DNA of 64,000 nt, from NCBI RefSeq assembly GCF_001194135.2, contig NC_068995.1, forward strand, positions 10,986,383-11,050,382, in the 5' to 3' direction. Below, piece by piece: positions 63,862-64,000 of this stretch (positions are counted from its first letter, which is position 1; each line of letters opens with the position of its first letter). Under the pieces are notes generated by a model. It saw only the letters and a program-made list of their open reading frames with translations. It had not been told where the DNA came from and did not search any database. Made by a program: the position numbers and the translations under genes. This stretch comes from Octopus bimaculoides. Lineage: Eukaryota.

Positions 63862-64000
63862 CTTTATATATATACACTTTATATTCTTTATGCAGAATTT
63901 TATAGACTTAACAGGTAATCTTCAAGTTTAGGGGGATAAAATAAATAAAAAAAAGATTCAAGGGAAGTAACTGAACATCTTACCAGTATTCTCCGTACAT

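Noticed and set aside
1-64000. Functional tRNA/rRNA genes, CRISPR arrays, prokaryotic operons
   Set aside because: All tRNA-like heads belong to SINEs or are half-molecules. There is no regular repeat-spacer array, and the sequence is clearly eukaryotic repeat-rich DNA.

Overview
AT-rich eukaryotic genomic DNA dense in repeats and microsatellites, with about 15 N-gaps, most flanked by (TA)n. The SINE repertoire, the extreme (TA)/(CA)/(TATG)/(TATC) content and a (CCCTAA)n tract suggest a mollusc, most likely an octopus; this is an inference from the repeats, not a database match. I cannot confidently identify any host protein-coding gene, only a few orphan exon candidates, and nearly all ORFs in the supplied track are microsatellite or gap artefacts. 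Recognisable content: several tRNA-derived SINE families, two mariner deletion derivatives, a maT/DD37D-like transposase relic, a Tc1-type MITE, an RTE LINE fragment and two decayed Gypsy elements with tRNA-Trp primer-binding sites. There is also a palindromic MITE enclosing telomere-like repeats and a long inverted-repeat insertion with a 23-bp direct flank. The most notable signal is a set of five minimal type-I hammerhead-ribozyme-like motifs in four unrelated repeat contexts: one in a tRNA-headed SINE (3134-3360), one in a terminally redundant ~233-bp retrozyme-like unit (41209-41503), one at 2939-2985, and a family with a shared non-canonical core (744-780, 54237-54275). All were identified by eye; folding and cleavage are untested.
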